A stretch of DNA of 38,414 nucleotides, from NCBI GenBank assembly GCA_964490075.1, contig CAZBBK010000060.1:1-38414 (forward strand), written 5' to 3'. Shown here piece by piece: positions 16,437 through 24,897 of this stretch. Every line of letters begins with the position of its first letter. Position 1 is the first letter of the stretch. Below the pieces are notes generated by a model. It did no database searches. It had not been told where the DNA came from and saw only the letters and a list, made by a program, of their open reading frames with translations. The position numbers were made by a program, and so were the translations under genes. Origin of the DNA: an uncultured Gemmatimonadota bacterium (GTDB lineage Bacteria > GCA-2686955).

Positions 16437-17933
16437 CTACTCAACGTAGCCGAGGGCCTCCAGATTGGCCTGGACCTGGGTGCTCAAGGGGGCGCCGCGC
16501 AGCTCGCAGATCTCGATCTCGGGAGAGCCGATGCCGAAAGCGCCGGCGAGCATCCGATCGCTGAGCTCCTCGACCAGCGCCACGACCCGCGCGGGCTGCT
16601 CGGCCGCCAGGTTCAGGCAGTGTTCGGGGTCGATCCGCGAGTCGTAGAGCTCGATGACGTCGCCGGGATGGCCGTCGCAGCCGGGCGGCGGCAGCAACGC
16701 CAGCTCTCCGCGATGCCGATCGAAGCCCCAGGGCGCCGAGTAGCCGCCGTAGATGCTGTAGCGGCCGGCGTGGTAAGCGAAGCGCGCGCGGCCGTGCTCG
16801 GTGTGGGCCACCGGTCGCTGTCCCGGCTCGTCGTGCATCCAGGGCATCAGGTCGACCCCGTGGATCGATGCCGGCGCCGCGACGCCGGCGACCGCCAGCA
16901 GCGTGGCGAAGATGTCGACCGTGGTCGCCCGCACTCCCACTCGCCCGCCGGGCTCCAGGAGCGGCGGGTAGCGGAAGATGGCCGGCACCCGGGTCACCTC
17001 GGGGTAGAGCGAGTGGGAATGGCCGATGGCGCCGCGGTCCATCAGCTCCTCGCCGTGGTCGGCCGTCAGCACCACCACGGTCTGGTCGAAGGACCGGGAC
17101 GAGGCCCGGTAGAGGGCGAGGATCTCGCCCAGCAGCCGGTCGGCCGCCCAGATACCGGTGTCGTAGAGGCCCTCCACGTAGACCATGCTGTCGGGGGCGC
17201 TGAGCCAGGCACCGCTCGAGGGGCCGAGTCCGTTGCAGTCGCGCGCCGCGGCCGGATCCAGCGCCGGCGCCTCGCGGTTGACCCGGCGGATCGCCAGCTC
17301 GGCCCGCTCCACGCCGTCGAGCCCGCGCGGCAGGAAGGCGGCCTCGTTGGCCCGGGCGGGACCGTAGGGCGCGTGGGCGAGGTTGATGTGGACGAAGGTG
17401 AAGAGCGGACCGGAGGACTCGAGGTGGATGCGCAGCAGCATCTGGATCGGCGTGCTCAACTCCTCCCGCTGCCCAATGTGGGTCAAGCGCTCGAAGCCGA
17501 GGTCGAAGCCGAACTCCGGTCCCACGTAATCGTTCTGGTAGAGGCCAAAGGTGGAGTAGCCGTGCCGCTGCAGCAGCACCGGCAGCAGATCGAAGCTCTC
17601 GCAAAGCGCGGCGCGGTTGTCGATGATGCCGTGGGTGGTGGGGTAGAGCCCGGTGAAGAGCGAGGCGTGGGTCGGCAGGGTCCAGTCGGAGCTGGAGAAG
17701 AAGTGGTCGAAGGCCACCCCCTGGGCCGCCAGGGCGTCGATGTTGGGGCTGGTGGCGCGCGGGGCGCCGTAGCAGCCGAGGTGGTCGGCGCGCACCGTAT
17801 CGAGCGAGATCAGCAGGATGTCGGGCGGAGCGGGCGGCGCGGAGAAGCCGCAGGCCGCGAGCTGCAGGCAGCACGCGAGCAGACCGAGCGGGCGGCCCGG
17901 CCGGCGCATCCGGGGGGGGGTCGGAGTGCTCAT
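16437..17933 (-). CDS. sulfatase-domain (alkaline-phosphatase superfamily) lipoprotein with Thr at the nucleophile position
   Basis: ISLDTVRADHLGCYGAPRATSPNIDALAAQGV, DHGEEL. Lipobox LQLAAC. At the C-x-P-x-R position the sequence is T-L-P-T-H-A-S-L-F-T-G. Start is either ATG 17933 (MSTPTPPRMRRPG) or ATG 17909 (MRRPG). Confidence 0.75.
   Translation of the reverse strand: MSTPTPPRMRRPGRPLGLLACCLQLAACGFSAPPAPPDILLISLDTVRADHLGCYGAPRATSPNIDALAAQGVAFDHFFSSSDWTLPTHASLFTGLYPTTHGIIDNRAALCESFDLLPVLLQRHGYSTFGLYQNDYVGPEFGFDLGFERLTHIGQREELSTPIQMLLRIHLESSGPLFTFVHINLAHAPYGPARANEAAFLPRGLDGVERAELAIRRVNREAPALDPAAARDCNGLGPSSGAWLSAPDSMVYVEGLYDTGIWAADRLLGEILALYRASSRSFDQTVVVLTADHGEELMDRGAIGHSHSLYPEVTRVPAIFRYPPLLEPGGRVGVRATTVDIFATLLAVAGVAAPASIHGVDLMPWMHDEPGQRPVAHTEHGRARFAYHAGRYSIYGGYSAPWGFDRHRGELALLPPPGCDGHPGDVIELYDSRIDPEHCLNLAAEQPARVVALVEELSDRMLAGAFGIGSPEIEICELRGAPLSTQVQANLEALGYVE
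17912..17920. repeat. G9/C9 homopolymer between the two candidate start codons of the lipoprotein gene
   Basis: cGGGGGGGGGt read directly. On the minus strand it encodes T-P-P-R if the start is 17933, or abuts the ATG at 17909. Confidence 0.5.
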
Positions 17934-18029
17934 CGCGGGTGGGTCGAGGGCGCATCCGGGGCGCGCCCGGGGGGCGCCGACTCCGCTATGATCGCGGCGC
18001 CTGCCCGTCAGTTTAACCTTGGAGCTGTC

Positions 18030-20531
18030 ATGGCCGCGCCTCCCTCCAGCAAGACCTTCGACTTCCTGGCCTCCGCCCCCCACCAGCGGGCCAAGCTCAA
18101 CGACGAGTCGATCAAGCGCGACTTCGCCGCCCACCTGCGCTACTCGCTGGCCAAGGATCGCTTCACCGCCACCAAGCGCGACCAGTACTACGCCCTGGCG
18201 CTGGCGGTTCGCGACCGGGTGGTGGAGCGCTGGATCAAGACCCAGCAGACCCACCACGCGCGCGACGCCAAGCGCATCTACTACCTCTCGCTCGAGTACC
18301 TGATCGGCCGCGCCCTGCACAACAACGTCCTCAACCTCGGCTTCGAGGATGTGCTCCGCGACGCCCTCGACGAGCTCGGCATCGTCTTCGAGGACCTCCT
18401 CGATCACGGGGTCGACGCCGGGCTCGGCAACGGCGGTCTGGGCCGGCTGGCGGCCTGTTTCCTCGACTCGATGGCGACCATGGAGCTGCCGGCCTTCGGC
18501 TATGGGCTCTGCTACGACTACGGGATCTTCACCCAGACCATCCAGGACGGGCACCAGTTCGAGCGCCCCGACGACTGGCTCCGGCGCGGCAACCCCTGGC
18601 TGATGGCACGCCCGGAGTACATCGCCGAGGTCCATTTCGGCGGCCGGGTGGAAGCGGTCCACGACCACACCACCACCGGCTTCCGCTGGGTCGACACCGA
18701 CACCGTGATCGGCCTGCCCCACGACATGCCGATCGTCGGCTACGGCTGCAACACCGTCAACAACCTGCGCCTGTGGTCGGCGAAGGCGCGCGAGGAGTTC
18801 GATTTTCACGATTTCAACCGTGGTGACTACTTCGGAGCCGTGGAGCAGAAGAACCTGGCTGAGCGTATCACCAAGGTGCTCTACCCCAACGACAACAACT
18901 ATGAAGGCAGGGCGTTGCGCTTCCGCCAGCAGTACTTCTTCGTCTCCTGCTCACTGCAAGACATCTTGCGCCGCTACCTCTCCGAGCACCAGGGCTTCGA
19001 CTCCTTCCCCGACAAGGCCGCCATCCAGCTCAACGACACCCATCCCGCGCTCGCCGTGCCGGAGCTGATGCACCTGTTGATCGATCGCCAGGGACTCGAC
19101 TGGGACCGCGCCTGGCGCATCACCCAGGCGGCCACCGGCTACACCAACCACACCCTGATGCCAGAGGCCCTGGAACGCTGGCCGCTGGAGTTCTTCGAGA
19201 CCTTCCTACCGCGCCACCTGCAGATCATCTACGAGGTCAACCGTCGCTTCCTGCGCCGAGTGCAGACACGTTTTCCCTTCGACGAGGCGCGCTTGCGGCG
19301 CATGAGCCTGATCGACGAGACCCCGCCGCGCTCGGTGCGCATGGCCAATCTCGCCATCGTCGGTTCCAAGTCGATCAACGGCGTGGCGGCGCTCCACACC
19401 CACCTGCTCGAAACCCACCTGTTTCGCGACTTCTACCAGCTCGACCCGGAGCGCTTCAACAACAAGACCAACGGCATCACTCCGCGGCGCTGGCTGCTGC
19501 TGGCCAATCCCGGACTGTCGACCCTGATCAGTGACCTGATCGGCCCGGACTGGGTCACCGACCTGGAGCGCCTGCGCGAGCTCCAGAGCGCCGCCGACGA
19601 CGCGGAGTTCCGCCGCGCGTTCCGGCGCGTCAAGGCCGACAACAAGTCGCGCCTGGCCGAGCTGTTGCGCCAAGCGGCCGGTGTGCGGGTGCCGCCCGAC
19701 GCGATCTTCGATGCCCAGGTCAAGCGTTTTCACGAGTACAAGCGCCAGCTTTTGAACGTGCTGCACATCGTGATGCTCTACATGCGCCTGAAAGACGATC
19801 CCACGCTGGAGATGCCCCCCCGCGTCTTCATCTTCGCCGGCAAGGCGGCGCCCGGCTATGCCATGGCCAAGCTGATCATCAAGCTGATCCACTGCCTGGC
19901 CGAGGTCATCAATCGCGACGATTCGATCGACGACCGCTTGCGGGTGGTCTTCGTGCCGAACTACGGAGTCACCCTGGCGCAGCGCATCATCCCCGCGTCC
20001 GAGGTCAGCCAGCAGATCTCCACCGCCGGCATGGAGGCCTCGGGCACCGGCAACATGAAATTCGCGCTGAACGGCGCGCTGACGGTCGGCACGCTGGACG
20101 GCGCCAACATCGAGATTCGCCAGGAGGTCGGTGACGACAACATTTTCGTGTTCGGTCATACGGCCGAGCAGGTGGAAGATCTGCGCGACGATCCGGCGGC
20201 CCATCCGCGGCTCTTCTACGAGAGCGACGACGAGATCAGAAGAGTCTGCGATCTGCTCTTCGGCGACTTCTTCAACCGCGACGAGCCGGGGATCTTCCAG
20301 CCGCTTCGCACACGCATCCTGGAGAGCCCCGATCCCTATATGCACCTGGCCGATCTGCGGAGCTATGCCGACGCGATGCAGTGCTCGGCGCAGCGCTACC
20401 TGGATCCGGAGGACTGGGACCGCGCCGCGATCCTGAACGTGGCGCGGATGGGGAAGTTCAGCTCCGACCGCACCATTGGCGAGTACAACGAAGAGATCTG
20501 GCGCGTGGAGCCTATCGGCATCGAGGACTGA
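18030..20531 (+). CDS. glgP: glycogen/maltodextrin phosphorylase
   Basis: 833 aa. Phosphorylase signature region EASGTGNMKFALNGALTVGTLDGANIE (PLP lysine), LAACFLDS, NDTHPAL. SD GGAG 5 nt before the ATG. Confidence 0.9.
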   Translation: MAAPPSSKTFDFLASAPHQRAKLNDESIKRDFAAHLRYSLAKDRFTATKRDQYYALALAVRDRVVERWIKTQQTHHARDAKRIYYLSLEYLIGRALHNNVLNLGFEDVLRDALDELGIVFEDLLDHGVDAGLGNGGLGRLAACFLDSMATMELPAFGYGLCYDYGIFTQTIQDGHQFERPDDWLRRGNPWLMARPEYIAEVHFGGRVEAVHDHTTTGFRWVDTDTVIGLPHDMPIVGYGCNTVNNLRLWSAKAREEFDFHDFNRGDYFGAVEQKNLAERITKVLYPNDNNYEGRALRFRQQYFFVSCSLQDILRRYLSEHQGFDSFPDKAAIQLNDTHPALAVPELMHLLIDRQGLDWDRAWRITQAATGYTNHTLMPEALERWPLEFFETFLPRHLQIIYEVNRRFLRRVQTRFPFDEARLRRMSLIDETPPRSVRMANLAIVGSKSINGVAALHTHLLETHLFRDFYQLDPERFNNKTNGITPRRWLLLANPGLSTLISDLIGPDWVTDLERLRELQSAADDAEFRRAFRRVKADNKSRLAELLRQAAGVRVPPDAIFDAQVKRFHEYKRQLLNVLHIVMLYMRLKDDPTLEMPPRVFIFAGKAAPGYAMAKLIIKLIHCLAEVINRDDSIDDRLRVVFVPNYGVTLAQRIIPASEVSQQISTAGMEASGTGNMKFALNGALTVGTLDGANIEIRQEVGDDNIFVFGHTAEQVEDLRDDPAAHPRLFYESDDEIRRVCDLLFGDFFNRDEPGIFQPLRTRILESPDPYMHLADLRSYADAMQCSAQRYLDPEDWDRAAILNVARMGKFSSDRTIGEYNEEIWRVEPIGIED

Positions 20532-20536
20532 GGGGC

Positions 20537-21694
20537 GTGCTGACGGTGGCGCTGGTGCTGCTGGGGTGGCTGGTTCTCGGCTACCCGGCTGCGGTCCTGG
20601 CCGCCGCCCGACTGCGCCGCCGGCGCATTCGCCGCGATCCGCGCCACCGGCCGCCGGTGGTGGTCGTGGTGCCGGCCTGCAACGAGGCGCGCGCGCTGCC
20701 GGGGCGGCTGGCGAATCTGCTCGATCAGTCGCACCCGCCGCGGGCGATCGTGGTGGTCACCGACGGCTCATCCGACGACACCCACGCGGCGGCTCGAGCG
20801 GCGGCGGCGGACGATCGGCGCATCGTGGTCCTGGAGCCGGGGCCGCGGCGCGGCAAGCTGGCGGCGATCGGTCGCGCCCTCGAGGCCTGCCCCGGCGAGG
20901 ATCTCGGCGGCGCCGCGTTGGTGGTGCTGACCGATGCCAACACATATTTCGAGCAGGACGCACTCGGCCGTCTCTGCGCCCACTTCGCCGATCCCGAGGT
21001 CGGCTCGGTGAGCGGCGCGCGGCGGGTCGCTCCGGAGGGCGCGCTGGCGGCGGGCCTGGCTAGCTACGAGCGTCGCTTGCTGCGGGCCGAGTCGGATCTG
21101 GGCTGCGCCATCGGCGCCGCCGGCGAGCTGCTGGCGCTGCGCCTCGACCTGGCGCGGAGAATCATCCCGGCCCTCGACGCCGCCACCGTCAATGACGATT
21201 TCGCGCTGGCGATGGGCGTGGTCAGAGCCCGCAAGCGACACCTTTTCGATGGCGCGCTACGGGCCACTGAAGCACCACCGGCGCGGCGCCGCGAGGAGCT
21301 GGGGCGGCGCACGCGGATCAGCGCCGGGCGCGCCCGCGACCTGGCGCGCCTGGTGCAGGGCCCCTGGCTGCTCGCGCGCCCCTGGATCGCTTTCGCCATC
21401 TTCTCGCACAAGGGGCTGCGCCTGCTGGCGCCGGTCCTGGTGCTGGCGCCCCTCGCGGCGGCGCTGAGCGCCGCTGGAGCGATCGGGAACGCGGCGCGAG
21501 CGACGGCGCTCCTGGCGCTGGCTACGCCCGCTGCGGCGCGGCTGATTCCCGCCGGCGCCGGCGGGCGGACCGGCACGCTGCTGCGCACCGGAGCCGACCT
21601 GCTGACCGACGCGGCGCTCTACTGGGCGGGCGGGCTGCTGGGGCTGGGATTTGCGGCGCTCGGCCGCGCCCCCTGGCCGCGGGAGCCGCGCTAG
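20537..21694 (+). CDS. membrane-anchored GT2 family glycosyltransferase
   Basis: VVVVPACNEARAL, VVVTDGSSDDT, VLTDANT (DxD-like). N-terminal TM helix and C-terminal TM region. GTG start 5 bp after the glgP stop, so exact start uncertain. Confidence 0.6.
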   Translation: MLTVALVLLGWLVLGYPAAVLAAARLRRRRIRRDPRHRPPVVVVVPACNEARALPGRLANLLDQSHPPRAIVVVTDGSSDDTHAAARAAAADDRRIVVLEPGPRRGKLAAIGRALEACPGEDLGGAALVVLTDANTYFEQDALGRLCAHFADPEVGSVSGARRVAPEGALAAGLASYERRLLRAESDLGCAIGAAGELLALRLDLARRIIPALDAATVNDDFALAMGVVRARKRHLFDGALRATEAPPARRREELGRRTRISAGRARDLARLVQGPWLLARPWIAFAIFSHKGLRLLAPVLVLAPLAAALSAAGAIGNAARATALLALATPAAARLIPAGAGGRTGTLLRTGADLLTDAALYWAGGLLGLGFAALGRAPWPREPR

Positions 21695-22155
21695 TCCTGT
21701 CTCGTTCCCCTGCGCACCGGCCGAAACAGCGCCTCTTCGGCGCTCAGCAGGCCGTTGCCGTCGATGTCGGTCTTCATGAACGCCTTGCGCGTTCCCGCGA
21801 ACTCCGCCTTGTCGAGAAAGCCGTCGCCGTCGGCGTCGAAGGACTCGATGAAACGGCTGCCGCGCTGCACCGGCGGCAGCCCGTCGCTGGAGTCGGGCAG
21901 AAGATCCGCCGCGCTGAGATTCCCGTCCCGGTCGGCGTCGAGGCGGAGAAAACGCAGATCTCCGCCGGGGAACTCCTCCTTGGGGATCATCCCGTCGCCG
22001 TCGCCGTCGTAGTGCGCGAAGACCGCGGCGACCGCGGCATCGATCGGCAGCGCCGCCGGGTCGTCGTGCAGCGCGCGGAGCACCAGAAGGGCGCCCAACG
22101 CCACGCCCAGAACCAGCATCGCGAGGTCCGGTCCTTTGGACCGCTCACCACTCAT
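21691..22155 (-). CDS. secreted/membrane-anchored EF-hand calcium-binding protein with four DxDxDG loops
   Basis: DGDGDGMIPKEEF, DADRDGNLSAADL, DADGDGFLDKAEF, DIDGNGLLSAEEA. Strong SD GGAGGA. Hydrophobic N-terminus. Confidence 0.75.
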   Translation of the reverse strand: MSGERSKGPDLAMLVLGVALGALLVLRALHDDPAALPIDAAVAAVFAHYDGDGDGMIPKEEFPGGDLRFLRLDADRDGNLSAADLLPDSSDGLPPVQRGSRFIESFDADGDGFLDKAEFAGTRKAFMKTDIDGNGLLSAEEALFRPVRRGTRQD

Positions 22156-22238
22156 TCGGATCCTCCGCTATAGTCGCGGAACAGACGGTCGAGACGAGCA
22201 TAGCCAAATCCGGACCGCATCGCGCCGCCTCCGACACC

Positions 22239-23501
22239 ATGAACCGACTCGGCACCACCATCGGGCTTTCGCTCGAGCTCCTCTCCGCCTGGTTCGCCGT
22301 GACCGCGCTGACCGCCCTGGTGAGCGCAGTGCTGCCGGAGAGGTTCCGGCGCATCGTGCTCCTGGCATCGAGCGGCACCTTTCTCTTCTACGCCCTCGAT
22401 CCGGAGATCGCCGGCTTCTGTGTCGCCTTCGCAACCGTCTTCCACGCACTGACCTCGACCGACCTGCTCCCCGCCAAGGCACGAGTCCCCGCCGGCGCGG
22501 CGCTGATCGCCGGGGTGCTGGTCCCCGTGGGGCTCTCGGAACTCTTCCTGGAGCGCCCCGGCGGCGAGCTCCCCATGGTCCTCAAGATCGACGCCTTCTT
22601 CCTGGTCATCTTCGCCAAGAAGCTGGTGTCGGTGCTGATGGAGATCGTCGCCCGCAAGCGGCCGCCGAGCCGCTTCGAGATCTTCCTCTACCTCTTCTCC
22701 CTGCCCTTCCTGCTGGGCAAGGCGGCGGTCTTCTCACCGAGCCACATGGCGGACCGGGAAGGGCGCGAGTCGAGGGCGCGGGCGCTGGCCAGCGGTCTCG
22801 TCACACTGCTGAAGGCGGCGGCGCATCTCACCGTCCTGGCGCTCCTGGCATGGATGCCGGTGCGGGTGCTGGTGACCGGCGAGCTGGCCGGGACCTTGGA
22901 GTCGCTCTCCTGGTGGGCGATCTACGGCGCGGTGCTGGCGAACTACCTGCTCCTCTACCTGTTCCGATACGGCACCGAGCAGCTCAGCGTCGGGGCGGCG
23001 CGGATGCTCGGATACGCGGTCGACGACAACTACCAGCGGCCCCTGCTGGCGCGCGACTACGCCGACTTCTGGCGCCGTTGGAACGTCCATTTCCGCGAGC
23101 TGGTGGTGCGGATCTTCTACTTCCCCACCCTCCTCGCGCTGCATCGCCGAGGCTGGTCGAAGGCGGCGACGGTGACGATGGCCTGCACCGTCACTTTCGC
23201 CGGCCACGGGCTGTTCATGCTCTGGGCCCGGGGGATCCTGATCTCGACCCTCGACCTCGGAACATGGACGCAGATGATCATCGCCCTGGGGATTTACGAG
23301 GTGTTCGAGACGGTGCTGGTCAGCGTCACGCTCCTCACCCAGAACCTGGAGCGGCGACGGCGCTGGGGGCGCCCCTACCTCTGGTTCGGAATCGCCCTCA
23401 CCTACCACCTGCGGGCCGCCATGGTGGTGCTCATCTTGCGGAACGAGATGACCCTCGGCGATGTAGGCGCGCTCTTCGGGCGCCTCTTCGGGGTCTCCTG
23501 A
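22239..23501 (+). CDS. MBOAT-family membrane O-acyltransferase (AlgI/DltB-like)
   Basis: Multi-TM protein. YADFWRRWNVHFRELVVRIFYFP corresponds to the MBOAT FWRRWH region, with the His shifted by two positions. Confidence 0.75.
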   Translation: MNRLGTTIGLSLELLSAWFAVTALTALVSAVLPERFRRIVLLASSGTFLFYALDPEIAGFCVAFATVFHALTSTDLLPAKARVPAGAALIAGVLVPVGLSELFLERPGGELPMVLKIDAFFLVIFAKKLVSVLMEIVARKRPPSRFEIFLYLFSLPFLLGKAAVFSPSHMADREGRESRARALASGLVTLLKAAAHLTVLALLAWMPVRVLVTGELAGTLESLSWWAIYGAVLANYLLLYLFRYGTEQLSVGAARMLGYAVDDNYQRPLLARDYADFWRRWNVHFRELVVRIFYFPTLLALHRRGWSKAATVTMACTVTFAGHGLFMLWARGILISTLDLGTWTQMIIALGIYEVFETVLVSVTLLTQNLERRRRWGRPYLWFGIALTYHLRAAMVVLILRNEMTLGDVGALFGRLFGVS

Positions 23502-23508
23502 TGGTCGC

Positions 23509-24897
23509 TCAGAGCCCCCGCACCGCCTCTTCGTAAGGCGTGAAGCCGCGCACCCCGCCGTGCAGCGAACGGTCGGGACGGTGGAAGGCGTGGCTCTCGT
23601 ATATCACCCGCAGAAGCTGGTCGCGCTGCTCGGGCTCGGCCAGGCGGGCTATCCCCGCCGCCCGCTCGCCGAGACTCAGACCGCGCGGATCGAAGGCCCC
23701 GTACTCCGACACCACGATCACCTGGTCGGCGGCGATCGCGGTGGTGGTGATCCCCTCCGGGCAGCGGTCGACCACCTTCGGCACCCCCGCCGGGGTGGTC
23801 GACTTGAGGGCGATGATCGCCACGCCGCCGCGGGAGTACTGCGCCCCGCGGATGAAGTCGGCCTGGCCGCCGACGCCCGAGTAGATCTTGCGCGCTTGCA
23901 GGGAGTCGGCCCAGATGTTGCCGTGCAGGTCGACCCCGATGGCGCCGTTGATGGCCACCATGCGCGGCTGGTCGGCGATCCGGAACACACTGTTGGTGTA
24001 GTCGCAGGGGCGGGCCTGCACCGCGCTGTTGAAGTGCAGCCAGTCGTAGCCGGCCTGGTCCTCGGCCAGGAAAATCGACGAGATCGAGCAGTTGATCGCC
24101 GGCTTCCAGCGGTTCGACACCACGCCGCTCTGGATCAGCCGCATCATGGCACCGGCGAAGAGCTCGGTGTGAATCGCCAGATCCCGCACCCCCTTGCGCA
24201 GAATCGCCGAAGTCACCGCCTCGGGCACCTCGCCGATCCCGTACTGCAGGGTCGATCCCGGGGTCTTCTGCGAGCCGTCGCGCACGTAGAGCGCGGCGAT
24301 GATCTCGCCGATCCTGATCGCCCGCTGGTCGGGCCGGCGCACCGGGCTGGCCGGCAGCGGCCGGTCGCTCTCGACCAGGTAGTCGATATGCGACTCCGGG
24401 ATCGTGGTGCCGAGCACGAAGGGCATCGATGCATTGCGCTCGGCGATCACCTTGCCGCCCTTGGCGCGGGCGCTCTCGATGGCGGCCAGCACCGACTCGA
24501 CGGTGGTGCCGAGGCTGTAGTTGCCGCCGGGGTCGGGACCGCTGACCGAGAGCAGCACCACGTCGGCGCCCCCCACCCGGCGCAGCTGGCGCGGCACCTC
24601 GGAGAGGTGCAGGGGGTGGTACTTGGCGCGGCCGCTGTTCACCGCTTCCTTGGAGAGGGCGCCGTTGAAGATGATCCGGTGGGTGAGGCTGCCGCAGCGC
24701 TCCTCGCCGAAGAGCTCCTCCAGCCCCTCGCCAAGCAGCAGCACGCTGTAGAGATCGACGTCGCGGATCGTCAGGTCGCTCGCCAGCTGGCGCAGCAGGG
24801 CGCTGGGGGTGGCGGCGTTGCCCGACGCGTAGAGCACGCTGCCGGGCGGGATCAAGGTGGAGTTCACGGCTTGCGAGACGTCCGTTATGATTTTCAT
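23509..24897 (-). CDS. acetyl-CoA hydrolase/transferase family protein (4-hydroxybutyrate CoA-transferase-like)
   Basis: GSVLYASGNAATPSALL..., LHTELFAGAMMRL, GVGGQADFIRGA, AIIALKSTT. ATG at 24897 (MKIITDVSQAV). Low-GC start region. Confidence 0.8.
   Translation of the reverse strand: MKIITDVSQAVNSTLIPPGSVLYASGNAATPSALLRQLASDLTIRDVDLYSVLLLGEGLEELFGEERCGSLTHRIIFNGALSKEAVNSGRAKYHPLHLSEVPRQLRRVGGADVVLLSVSGPDPGGNYSLGTTVESVLAAIESARAKGGKVIAERNASMPFVLGTTIPESHIDYLVESDRPLPASPVRRPDQRAIRIGEIIAALYVRDGSQKTPGSTLQYGIGEVPEAVTSAILRKGVRDLAIHTELFAGAMMRLIQSGVVSNRWKPAINCSISSIFLAEDQAGYDWLHFNSAVQARPCDYTNSVFRIADQPRMVAINGAIGVDLHGNIWADSLQARKIYSGVGGQADFIRGAQYSRGGVAIIALKSTTPAGVPKVVDRCPEGITTTAIAADQVIVVSEYGAFDPRGLSLGERAAGIARLAEPEQRDQLLRVIYESHAFHRPDRSLHGGVRGFTPYEEAVRGL

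Noticed and set aside
16386-18029. N-terminal 548 aa of the 1381-aa ORF that continues into glgP, and the 504-aa minus-strand ORF 16441..17955
   Set aside because: The phosphorylase similarity begins at MAAPPSSKTF (ATG 18030, with SD). The upstream part is antisense to the sulfatase-domain gene. The 504-aa ORF is an alternative frame of that gene.
19206-20345. 379-aa minus-strand ORF inside glgP
   Set aside because: Antisense to a strongly conserved gene.
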